From NCBI GenBank assembly GCA_035297365.1, contig DATGZA010000065.1:1-26713 (forward strand): DNA of 26,713 nucleotides. The letters are read 5' to 3'. Of this stretch, positions 8,484 to 17,115 are shown piece after piece. The DNA comes from Nitrososphaeraceae archaeon. GTDB taxonomy: Archaea; Thermoproteota; Nitrososphaeria; Nitrososphaerales; Nitrososphaeraceae. The notes beneath the pieces were generated by a model. It saw nothing but the letters and a program-made list of their open reading frames with translations. It was not told the DNA's origin and ran no database searches. The position numbers and the translations under genes are program-made. Position 1 is the first letter of the stretch. Each line of letters starts with the position of its first letter.

Positions 8484-9953
8484 CTATTTTTCTGTTTTTA
8501 TAGGGATAGTAAAACTAAATGTCGCACCTTTGTCTTGATTATTCTCTGCCCATATCTTTCCGCCATGTTTTTCTATTATATTTTTGCAAATATATAGTCC
8601 TAGTCCTGTTCCTGATTTTGAACCCGTTACAAACTTTGTAAATAGCTTATCTTTTATCTTTGATGGAATACCAGGACCGTTATCTGTGATCTTTACAAGC
8701 ACATCGTTATTTTGTCTCTGTACCGATACAATTACTTGGCCTTCTTCTAAAATCTTTATGGCATTATTGATAATATTTAAAAGAACTTGGTTTACACGTA
8801 ATTTGTCCGCAACCAGTCTAACTGACTTTTCTTTACTCTTTAAAACTAAACTAATATTTTTACCTTTGGTTTGATTTTCCCAGTCACTTAATAGATCTCT
8901 TAAAGATTCCATTAAATCAAATTCTTCAAGATTAAGAGTTAAAAGCTGACCATCGATACGAGCCACATCTAAAAGATTATCCGTAAGAAACTGAAGTTTT
9001 TTAGCATTGCTGACAATTATCCTAAGTAAGTCCTCCTTCTTATCAGGATCAAGGTTCTTGTTAGAAAGCATAACTTCGGCAAGACCTAAAATAGGCTGAA
9101 TTGGATTTCGTATCTCGTGTGCTGCTTCATTAATAAATTGTCTTTGTGTCTGGCTTGTCTCTTTTAATTGCTGGTAGAGGTCATCTGCTTTTTTATAGAT
9201 ATCAGCCTGTTTCCACAAATTCTCGAATATAGACACATAATATAATACTGTTGACTTGCTATTTGAATACGTGGATAATCCAATCGCATCAATAGAATCT
9301 TCGGCTGAATCTTTTTCTAGTTCAACTGCAAGAGAGAAACTTCTATCAATTATTAAAATAGTGATTTTGAGATGCAATGGTTCTGGTAAATACTTTATAT
9401 CTATTGCATAATCATTTTTCAGATTATCAACGGTTGTTTGTATTTTTTCATCGAAAGGAGTTAGAATTCTAATATTAACATTTTTTGATGGATCCTCTTT
9501 TATCTTTTTTATAATGGAAAATCCGTCTGCTTGATTTATTCGCCTGTAAAAGGCATTTGCAGAAGAAAATAGTAACAGAACTTCTTTTTCTGCGGATCGA
9601 ACCAGTTTAATAGCCGTTGCTAGTGCCTCTTGAGGATTCTTGATTACTTGGATATAATGTTCTTTTGATTCAATATCTATTTCTCTTATTTCATCATAGG
9701 AAGGTACAACTTTGTTCCAAAAAGGATCTGAAATAATTTCTGTATTTCCTGTAAAACTTGTAATATTTTTTCCATAAAAATGGTCAAGTCTTTTGAACAT
9801 GGTGACACATTGATTTGTATCAAAAAAATACTTAGATCCAGAAATAGATTCTTGAATAATTTCGTTAGGGTCCCTATTTATTAGAGATTTGCCACACAGG
9901 GAACATTTGAATTCAGTTTTGTTATTTGAAGTATTTATATGATTACTCATCAT
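8484..9953 (-). CDS. Soluble sensor histidine kinase: TRASH/YHS-like + PLD/TrmB-like + HisKA + HATPase_c
   Basis: H-box FINEAAHEIRNP, N-box LLNIINNAIK, G1 DNGPGI, F-box LFTKF, G2 GTGLGL. No transmembrane segment. N-terminal CSLCG...FFDTNQC. Confidence 0.95.
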   Translation of the reverse strand: MMSNHINTSNNKTEFKCSLCGKSLINRDPNEIIQESISGSKYFFDTNQCVTMFKRLDHFYGKNITSFTGNTEIISDPFWNKVVPSYDEIREIDIESKEHYIQVIKNPQEALATAIKLVRSAEKEVLLLFSSANAFYRRINQADGFSIIKKIKEDPSKNVNIRILTPFDEKIQTTVDNLKNDYAIDIKYLPEPLHLKITILIIDRSFSLAVELEKDSAEDSIDAIGLSTYSNSKSTVLYYVSIFENLWKQADIYKKADDLYQQLKETSQTQRQFINEAAHEIRNPIQPILGLAEVMLSNKNLDPDKKEDLLRIIVSNAKKLQFLTDNLLDVARIDGQLLTLNLEEFDLMESLRDLLSDWENQTKGKNISLVLKSKEKSVRLVADKLRVNQVLLNIINNAIKILEEGQVIVSVQRQNNDVLVKITDNGPGIPSKIKDKLFTKFVTGSKSGTGLGLYICKNIIEKHGGKIWAENNQDKGATFSFTIPIKTEK

Positions 9954-10033
9954 TTTCCACGAGGTACAATATTAAATATATATAATTTCTATCTTTTTTA
10001 AACTATTTGAATTATAAAGTAAATTTGATATTG

Positions 10034-10219
10034 CTAATGAGAAGAGGTTACCAGATCCATGCAGAATTCATTGCCATAAATTCCTGAAAACCTTTCAAAG
10101 AGAATTTTACAATTTTTTTTATCAAAAAGAAACTCGTATGTAGTATCGTCTATGGATCTGAGGGTTTTTATAAGGGTATCAGTATTTTCTATTGTACAAC
10201 CACATAAACTACATTTCAA
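10034..10219 (-). CDS. Stand-alone TRASH/YHS-like domain protein (second free copy)
   Basis: CSLCG-x25-D-x3-C-x3-FER-x4-YG. Lies immediately upstream of the kinase. TTG start. Confidence 0.75.
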   Translation of the reverse strand: MKCSLCGCTIENTDTLIKTLRSIDDTTYEFLFDKKNCKILFERFSGIYGNEFCMDLVTSSH

Positions 10220-10422
10220 TTTCAGTATAATATATAATGGTCATTAACAAATATAAAGGCTAGTATAAATTTTTATTTATAGCATAATTAAAATTCAATT
10301 TACAGTATATCTTATTTTACGATCACAGATAACAATATTATTGTATTTTTCCATATAACTATTATCACATGAAACAGCAATTAATAAAAAAGAATCCTAT
10401 TAAAGTAAATCCATGATGTTTC

Positions 10423-11286
10423 TCATAGCTTCTTTGAACAAACAATTCCATAACGTAATAATCCGTTATTAAGACAATTACATTCTAGAATACTTCTATC
10501 TTGCTCTTCATCAATATGTACCCTTAAAATTGGATCGCTGATATCTTCATGTAATCTATCCAATCGTATTATTCCCTCCTCATAAGATTTTTTTACATTC
10601 AGACTGACATCTTTGGTACTGACATCACCATATCCAGCAAGTTGTAAGAGTAGACTGATTTGATCCAGTGAGCAAAGATCGATACAAGATTTTTTGCAGA
10701 TCTTGGTTAATAGCTCGTTTCCATCAGTAGAAATGTAACCATTTCTAGAAAAATAATCAGAGATTATTAGTCGTCCACCTTTTTTAAGAACTCGAAAGGC
10801 TTCCTTCACGAAATTGTTCTTATCAAGAGCATAACAAAAACTCTCGATAGCTATCACAACATCAAAGGATTCTTGGTCAAATTTTAGATCAGTAATATCC
10901 ATTGTTTCAAAAGTTACCATACTATCTATTTTTTTATCTGCTGAAAGTTTTTTTGCCAGAAAGATCTCATTGTCAACTAAAGAAACACCTTTGACTTTAC
11001 ATCCTCTATTCTGTGCCCACCAGATGGAGCTCCCTCCTACTCCACATCCAGCATCCAAAACTAGATCACCTTCCTGAAGTTTAGCTGCGTCTGAAACAAT
11101 TTCGTTCAATTTCAAAAGTGATTCTTCATGAGAAATTTCCTTTTCATCGTCTTCGTAATATCCCATGTGTAGAGCAAGGTTATCATAATTTCCCCAAATA
11201 TCAAGATACAGTTTATGATATATCTCATAAAATTTGTAAACTTCATTTATCCTATTTTCATGAGTATATTCCAAATTATATATCAC
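10423..11286 (-). CDS. Class I SAM-dependent methyltransferase (tocopherol/sterol/small-molecule MT-like)
   Basis: LHMGYY, VLDAGCGVGG motif I, FDVV.AIES, RVLKKGG.LIISD. Confidence 0.88.
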   Translation of the reverse strand: MIYNLEYTHENRINEVYKFYEIYHKLYLDIWGNYDNLALHMGYYEDDEKEISHEESLLKLNEIVSDAAKLQEGDLVLDAGCGVGGSSIWWAQNRGCKVKGVSLVDNEIFLAKKLSADKKIDSMVTFETMDITDLKFDQESFDVVIAIESFCYALDKNNFVKEAFRVLKKGGRLIISDYFSRNGYISTDGNELLTKICKKSCIDLCSLDQISLLLQLAGYGDVSTKDVSLNVKKSYEEGIIRLDRLHEDISDPILRVHIDEEQDRSILECNCLNNGLLRYGIVCSKKL

Positions 11287-11403
11287 GATGGTTTTCCTCC
11301 ACTAGCTTTAAGAATAAAATCATATTTTGTACTAAAGCCTATTATAAAAATATGATAAGGTTATTATAGGTAGGTGTATTGGTACTAATCTAAAATATGT
11401 CTT

Positions 11404-12366
11404 TTAGTTTTTTCTTGAACTGATATAAAAATAAGTATGCATGTGTATAATAAAGATTCCAAAAATTCCCAAAACACCTCCGAATAATGCCAGTATCACG
11501 TTATCTGGAAGAGTATTTTGAATTGCTAAACGAGTTAGAAGAATTTGAATAATCAATGTTAACAATATTCGTGATGAAGCAATTGTGGACGTTAAAGAAG
11601 CACCAATCCTCTTCAATCCTTCAACATATAGAATGGTTCCTAGTAATGGTAACAGAGAAAAAATAAAAAATATATACCAATAAGATACAAGTGATTGAAA
11701 GGATAATTCCGGGGAGAATATCATCATGATTACAATCAATATTGATCCCGATATCAGTAGACACATTCCAGAAATTTCTATTGGAGAGTGTCTTGTTGAC
11801 AACCTTGTCAAAAAGAAAACTGCAAGTGCAAAGAAGATTGCTGAAAAAACGGCTTCTATATCACCAAATTCAATAGAAAATTGAAATAGATCAAAATTAA
11901 CCCTTAAAATTGGAACACCTATACTATTATCAACTATACTATTGTCACTTAATAGTACTATGACAAAACCAGTAATAGCTACTGCTACTCCAGTAAATTG
12001 TACTTTATTCAGTCTTTCATGTAAAAACAATCTTGCTAAGAATAATATTGTTATTGTTTCCATTGGACCAGACAAAAGACTTTCTTTTGAAGCTCCGATT
12101 CTACTTACTGCATCATACCATGTAAAAATACCCATTGAAAGAAAGATGGAAGCGGGAATGAAATCCTTCCAAGATTTAAAAATAGAAAATTTCTTCTTTG
12201 TAAAGATAATTGACGATAAAAGAAGTAGTGTTCCTGACATAGCAATACTAAAAGCTGAAATTGACAAAGGAGAGATTCCTAGTAAGCGAGTAAGATACTC
12301 TATGAGGATAGATTCTATTGATAAAACAAATGCAAATAAAAAAACTATCCACGATCTTTTAATCAA
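11404..12366 (-). CDS. DMT/EamA family transporter
   Basis: About 10 transmembrane segments with duplicated signatures AVSRIGAS / GLKRIGAS and LFLHERL. Confidence 0.85.
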   Translation of the reverse strand: MIKRSWIVFLFAFVLSIESILIEYLTRLLGISPLSISAFSIAMSGTLLLLSSIIFTKKKFSIFKSWKDFIPASIFLSMGIFTWYDAVSRIGASKESLLSGPMETITILFLARLFLHERLNKVQFTGVAVAITGFVIVLLSDNSIVDNSIGVPILRVNFDLFQFSIEFGDIEAVFSAIFFALAVFFLTRLSTRHSPIEISGMCLLISGSILIVIMMIFSPELSFQSLVSYWYIFFIFSLLPLLGTILYVEGLKRIGASLTSTIASSRILLTLIIQILLTRLAIQNTLPDNVILALFGGVLGIFGIFIIHMHTYFYISSRKN

Positions 12367-12620
12367 TTACTAATTACTAGTAGTCTAGATTTCCATCTAA
12401 AAATAAACCTTGCTAAGCAAAAAAATTGCCTATAGATGACACATAGTACCATAAATTCCATAATGCCACATACCAATTTTGTAGTTGAAAGATAGATATA
12501 TTATATAATATCGGTATTTAAAATAGTATATTGAATTACAATAACATATTCATTAATGAAAAAATATATAGTTCTAAAATAGAGATATATATGATATAAA
12601 TAACTCATTAGAAAAAATCT

Positions 12621-13511
12621 CTACGGCATATTCATATTCATGTTCATATTTGACTGTCCATCCATCATATTCATATTCATGTTCATATTCGTTCTAGTTT
12701 TCAAATTGAAGGCATCTTGCAATTCTGGATGTATAGTTAGGTGCACCAACCTCATCAGATCTCCAGCAGATCCAACATTTGATAAAATACTATGCAAATT
12801 GTCTATGTCCTTTTCCAATTTATCTAACAACAAAGAATCAGTTTTGGATTCAACAGAAACCGAGTCTGTGGATTTTAAATAATTAAATATATTTTTCACC
12901 TCCATGGTCAATGCAAGAGCTGTCTCATAATTATCATAATTGAAAATTGTATTATTTGTTGAAATGAGTTTTTGATATTGCTTATAGTTAGGACTGGAGT
13001 AGTTGATAGGAATATTAGAATTTATATATTTTTTAAAATGATCCAAAACACCCAAGTTAGACATATTGGTTAAATCAACATCCAAAATAATTGCTGAGGC
13101 GTATTCACGTAGAATTTGATCAATTAGATCAGCTGTTACTAAAGAGTGAATAGTACTGTTTTTACTAGATATCTCCTTGTTGTATCTTTTAATAAAATCG
13201 TTATCATCGACTATATCATCGTCAACGTAATAGACATCATTTACTAGCCTCGCAGCATTGTCAGAGTGATCCATTGATAGTGTTATATTTACTGGAAAAT
13301 TCTTCTTTGCAAGTTCTAGCTGAATCGCTGCTTGTTTTGACATCGCAAGAAATGTTACAGAATCATCAGAAGTAAAACTATGACCAAATGCATAGTGATG
13401 GTTGTCAGTATCAGTATTTGAAATACTATTCAAAGAGAAAATTAAACCTATTCCAAATAAAGTGGATAAAAGTGAGGTATTATGATTGGTATAATAATGG
13501 CTACTACTCAT
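12621..13511 (-). CDS. Putative secreted helical protein with a C-terminal Met-Asn repeat tail
   Basis: N-terminal hydrophobic stretch and possible cleavage at AFG|HSF. VHLTIHP motif. Tail NMNMNMNMMDGQSNMNMNMNMP. Confidence 0.75.
   Translation of the reverse strand: MSSSHYYTNHNTSLLSTLFGIGLIFSLNSISNTDTDNHHYAFGHSFTSDDSVTFLAMSKQAAIQLELAKKNFPVNITLSMDHSDNAARLVNDVYYVDDDIVDDNDFIKRYNKEISSKNSTIHSLVTADLIDQILREYASAIILDVDLTNMSNLGVLDHFKKYINSNIPINYSSPNYKQYQKLISTNNTIFNYDNYETALALTMEVKNIFNYLKSTDSVSVESKTDSLLLDKLEKDIDNLHSILSNVGSAGDLMRLVHLTIHPELQDAFNLKTRTNMNMNMNMMDGQSNMNMNMNMP
12627..12689. repeat. Two identical 24-bp direct repeats, each encoding (NM)4, at a 39-bp period
   Basis: catattcatattcatgttcatatt at 12627-12650 and 12666-12689. 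Confidence 0.9.
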
Positions 13512-13648
13512 AAACTACGAACTAGAAATTAATTTTCTCTAATAAAACTATTTTGAAATAAAATTTGTTGGATATCTTCCAAGGCAGTTTATTAAACGAA
13601 ATAAATCTAGTGTTTAAATTTATTTATAGGATTTGTTTATAAAAAAAT

Positions 13649-13834
13649 ATGCCAGTAATTCAAATTACTATGAACGAGGGAAGGAGTATTGAACAAAAAA
13701 GAGAATTGGTAAAGGTTTTAACAAGGGAAACAGCTCGCATATTACAAGCTAAAGAAGAAAACATGAGAATACTAATTTACGAGATATCAAAAGAGAATTG
13801 GGGCAACGGCGGAATCCTAGGATCTGACTTTTAA
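13649..13834 (+). CDS. 4-oxalocrotonate tautomerase family protein
   Basis: Catalytic Pro1 (MPVIQI), EGRS.EQK.EL and I.E...NWG.GG. 61 aa. Confidence 0.93.
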   Translation: MPVIQITMNEGRSIEQKRELVKVLTRETARILQAKEENMRILIYEISKENWGNGGILGSDF

Positions 13835-14025
13835 CTTTAAATCGAAAAGATCGCTTAATTTTCTTATTTTATGCCTAAATTACATATACAAAAATTGAGG
13901 ACAAAGTAAAAGTCTACCAGAGAAATTTATACCAACCAAAAATCTTTATACATCTACTGATAATAATATTTATAAAATTCAAATGTTTGTCTTTATTCAT
14001 ACCGACAATCATAAAAATCAATTAA

Positions 14026-14247
14026 CTACACATACACAATACCTGCGAATTCCTTTTTTGTCTCGGTAAAAATAATCTTTCCGACATATTCATCGATTCC
14101 TAGATCTTGTGCTATCTTTGAGGGTTCGTTACCTAATATCGATTCAATGGTGAATCCTGCATTATTTAATGCATCTTTTAAGCCTCGAGATATTTTTATC
14201 AGACTGATTCTGTTGTCATTAGTCATTACCTGTTTATTTATGAACAT
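14026..14247 (-). CDS. Small helix-hairpin-helix domain protein
   Basis: LKDALNNAGFTIESI...IAQDLGIDEYVGKII resembles the HhH domain found at the RadA/Rad51 N-terminus. Confidence 0.6.
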   Translation of the reverse strand: MFINKQVMTNDNRISLIKISRGLKDALNNAGFTIESILGNEPSKIAQDLGIDEYVGKIIFTETKKEFAGIVYV

Positions 14248-14371
14248 CGTAGAACAAAAATTTATCCTATATACTATATTTAAAATACTTAGATCTATAT
14301 ATCATGAATTATAACACGTAAAAAAACAGCATAAAACATATGTTGGTTGTCATTTAAGATTAAAATGCAAT

Positions 14372-14776
14372 TTGAACGATATATTAGATGTATATTTTGA
14401 CGATTTGAATATGAAAATCTATATCCGTTTAGATTGTTCATGGTCTCCAGAAACTGTAAAGAAAATTGTTATGAATTTACCTATTAAAACGTACATGAAC
14501 CAATGGGGAGAAGAACTCTATAGCGACGATACAAAAATCGATGTCAAATACGAAAATCCGAAAAAAGAAGTAGAAATTTTTGATGTTGCTTTCTGGCCTG
14601 AAGGAAAAGCAATTTGCTTATTTTTTGGTTTAACCCCAATAAGCAAAACCGATAAGATATTACCTTATTCACCGGTAAATATTATTGGAAGAGTAATTAA
14701 TCCCGATCAAAATATTATAGAAGTTTTAAAACACAAAAACAGAATGCGTGTGACTATTAGCAAAAGTTCACAATAA
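14372..14776 (+). CDS. Cyclophilin-like fold protein (DUF369/TM1367-like)
   Basis: NQWGEELY, DVAFWPEGKAICLFFG.TP.S and SPVNIIGRV. Confidence 0.88.
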   Translation: MNDILDVYFDDLNMKIYIRLDCSWSPETVKKIVMNLPIKTYMNQWGEELYSDDTKIDVKYENPKKEVEIFDVAFWPEGKAICLFFGLTPISKTDKILPYSPVNIIGRVINPDQNIIEVLKHKNRMRVTISKSSQ

Positions 14777-14859
14777 GATGATATTTCATTACCATTTCCA
14801 AACAATTTTTAGAAGAGCTGATTCAATCAATAATAAAATACAGTATAATTGTCTTTAAG

Positions 14860-15534
14860 ATGTTGTTACATTTGAAAGGAATAATTTTTGATATGGATGG
14901 AGTATTGGTTGATTCTATGCCATCTCATTCCCGGGCATGGCAATTGGCTTTTGAAAATGTAGCAAATATTCAAGTAGAAAGTAAACTCATTTACAAAAAT
15001 GAGGGAAGAAGGGGAATGGAATTAGTAAGAGAGATTCTTGCTACTAAAAGTATTTATGTTACAGATATATCCATCATAGAGAAAATAGTTAGAAAAAAGA
15101 GTGAGATTTTTAAAAATATAGGTAGTTTCAAGTTATTTCCGGGTGTTAAAAAGGTAATATCCAGTTTACCTTGTAGAAAGGCAGTAGTTAGCGGGTCTAC
15201 AAAGTCTGACGTTTTTAATATCATAAATCATAGCTTTGGAAATAAGATATTTGATGTCTTGGTGACTGCAGATGATATTGCCAATGGAAAACCAAATCCT
15301 ATGCCGTTTATCAAAGCTTTACAAGAACTAGGTTTAGAACCAGAAAATACTCTTGTAGTTGAAAATGCACCTTTAGGGGTACTGGCTTCAATAAATGCAG
15401 GAATAGAATGTATTGTGACATTAAATAATACTCCTTTATCCTATGATGATTTTAAACCCATGATTTCAAATCACAGAATATTTAGTAATTTGAAATCTGC
15501 AAATAAATTATTGATTAATTGGTGTATTAAATAA
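14860..15534 (+). CDS. HAD superfamily phosphatase (beta-phosphoglucomutase-like)
   Basis: FDMDGVLVDS motif I, AVVSG, GKPNP, VVENAPLG. Confidence 0.92.
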   Translation: MLLHLKGIIFDMDGVLVDSMPSHSRAWQLAFENVANIQVESKLIYKNEGRRGMELVREILATKSIYVTDISIIEKIVRKKSEIFKNIGSFKLFPGVKKVISSLPCRKAVVSGSTKSDVFNIINHSFGNKIFDVLVTADDIANGKPNPMPFIKALQELGLEPENTLVVENAPLGVLASINAGIECIVTLNNTPLSYDDFKPMISNHRIFSNLKSANKLLINWCIK

Positions 15535-15635
15535 TAATAGCAAGGATCAAATCTGAAATCGAGAATAGTATAAAATTATTTATCAGAACTAAAAAGAAAA
15601 CAAAATAAGGTAAAAGATATTGGAAGAATACTGGA

Positions 15636-16778
15636 TCAACCTGTATTTTTCGCAAAAGATACTTTTTTACCTTGAAATTTTGGATCAAACCAGCGAGGTT
15701 CAATCTTTGAGAAAATTACAGAGCCCATCACACCCATGACAGTACCTATAGCTATAGTAAAAAAAGATAGTGGCACAAGGGTATTTAGAAAGGTTGGTAA
15801 TACTCCATTAATTGAATCTAAATTGGCATTTAATGCATTCCCATAGGTCCATGTAATCATAGGGTAATTGAAAAAATAAAAAACCGAACCCATTATTGCT
15901 CCCACCGCCAGTTTATTATACTTAAATTTTAATTCATTTTTGAACAATCTAGAATTCAATATAATATCCGAAAGAAGAGATGCGCTTAAAATAGTAACAA
16001 TGTACCACGGCAAAACAGGTGACAATAGACCATTAGCAGGGATTATGTCTGCAAAAATATTAATAACAAGCAATAGTGACGCAATGACAAATCCACTGCC
16101 AAAACCATTATTTAACGCTTTAGAGGAACTTAAAAATATTATAGAATTGATTAATGGAAGGGATATGCTAGCAATTATTGTTGCACTATAAGAATCGAGA
16201 TTAAAGTTAAAAAAATCGGAATCAGAAAATGGCAATACAAACATGAAAGTATACCATATAGATGTATACCACAATGATGTAAGAGAAGGAATTAGAAAGA
16301 ATTGTATTAAACGCTTTCTTTTCGGGATATAATTCATTAATCTATATAATCCCATGAATACTGCAACGGAATTCACTAACATTCCCGTAACCAAAGTAAC
16401 ATGTGATGGACTCAAAAGACCATCAAAGCCAAAGGTGTTATGCCATAGAAAATCAGAAGGACCTGCAATAACAGCCAACGAAGATCCTATTAACAAAAGC
16501 TTGAATGCTCCTGCAAGAGATGTATTTTTTATTTCCTGGCTTCTCATTAAGATACAACCCAATAAAGCAGAAAGCGAGATTAGACCAACTCCAGTATATA
16601 GCATAGTATGAGATGGTGTAAAGAATGATTCTGGTTCTTGTAGAATATGGGATGTTACATCCCAACTACCTCCACTAATTTGTACAAGAGAACCGATTGA
16701 AGATACAATTAGAATAAAAAGAGATATTTCAAAACGAGAGTGCGACAGAAAAACAGATTTTGCACTGCTAATATTCAT
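15636..16778 (-). CDS. Multi-pass membrane protein with two D-x3-H-x12-H putative metal sites (AmoC/PmoC-like motifs)
   Basis: About 10 hydrophobic segments. WDVTSH...FFTPSH gives D40/H44/H57 and SDFLWH...LLSPSH gives D109/H113/H126. The CDS is secure; the family link is inferred. Confidence 0.8.
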   Translation of the reverse strand: MNISSAKSVFLSHSRFEISLFILIVSSIGSLVQISGGSWDVTSHILQEPESFFTPSHTMLYTGVGLISLSALLGCILMRSQEIKNTSLAGAFKLLLIGSSLAVIAGPSDFLWHNTFGFDGLLSPSHVTLVTGMLVNSVAVFMGLYRLMNYIPKRKRLIQFFLIPSLTSLWYTSIWYTFMFVLPFSDSDFFNFNLDSYSATIIASISLPLINSIIFLSSSKALNNGFGSGFVIASLLLVINIFADIIPANGLLSPVLPWYIVTILSASLLSDIILNSRLFKNELKFKYNKLAVGAIMGSVFYFFNYPMITWTYGNALNANLDSINGVLPTFLNTLVPLSFFTIAIGTVMGVMGSVIFSKIEPRWFDPKFQGKKVSFAKNTG

Positions 16779-17115
16779 AACAAATCTAATTTGATAGAAC
16801 TAATAAGGATAACTAAAAAGAGTATGAAGAGATTTTTTATATGGATGGATACTTTTAATATCTAAAATGACAATAACAACCTCTAATAGTAAAAGTAAAA
16901 GCTGACAGTTAATTAAAAATCTATCAAAATTTCACTTCTAGTGGTTGGACCCGTAAAAAAATAGTATCGCTTTTCTGATATGCCAAATAACAAAAAGCAT
17001 GTTTGAAAGATTACCTGTCGACAGATGTTTGCCCAAATATATAATTTATAGGATAATACAAGTAATTTGATTATAAAAGAAACATATAGAAACAACAATA
17101 ATAATTATTTCATGG

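Noticed and set aside
4311-10219. Integrated plasmid or provirus explaining the ParAB pair
   Set aside because: No integrase, replication protein, tRNA att site, capsid gene or flanking direct repeats were seen in the window.
15636-16778. Calling this gene a bona fide amoC or amoA
   Set aside because: It is about twice the length of archaeal AmoC, similarity is limited to motifs, and no amoB/amoX neighbours are present. It is reported only as a putative distant homologue.
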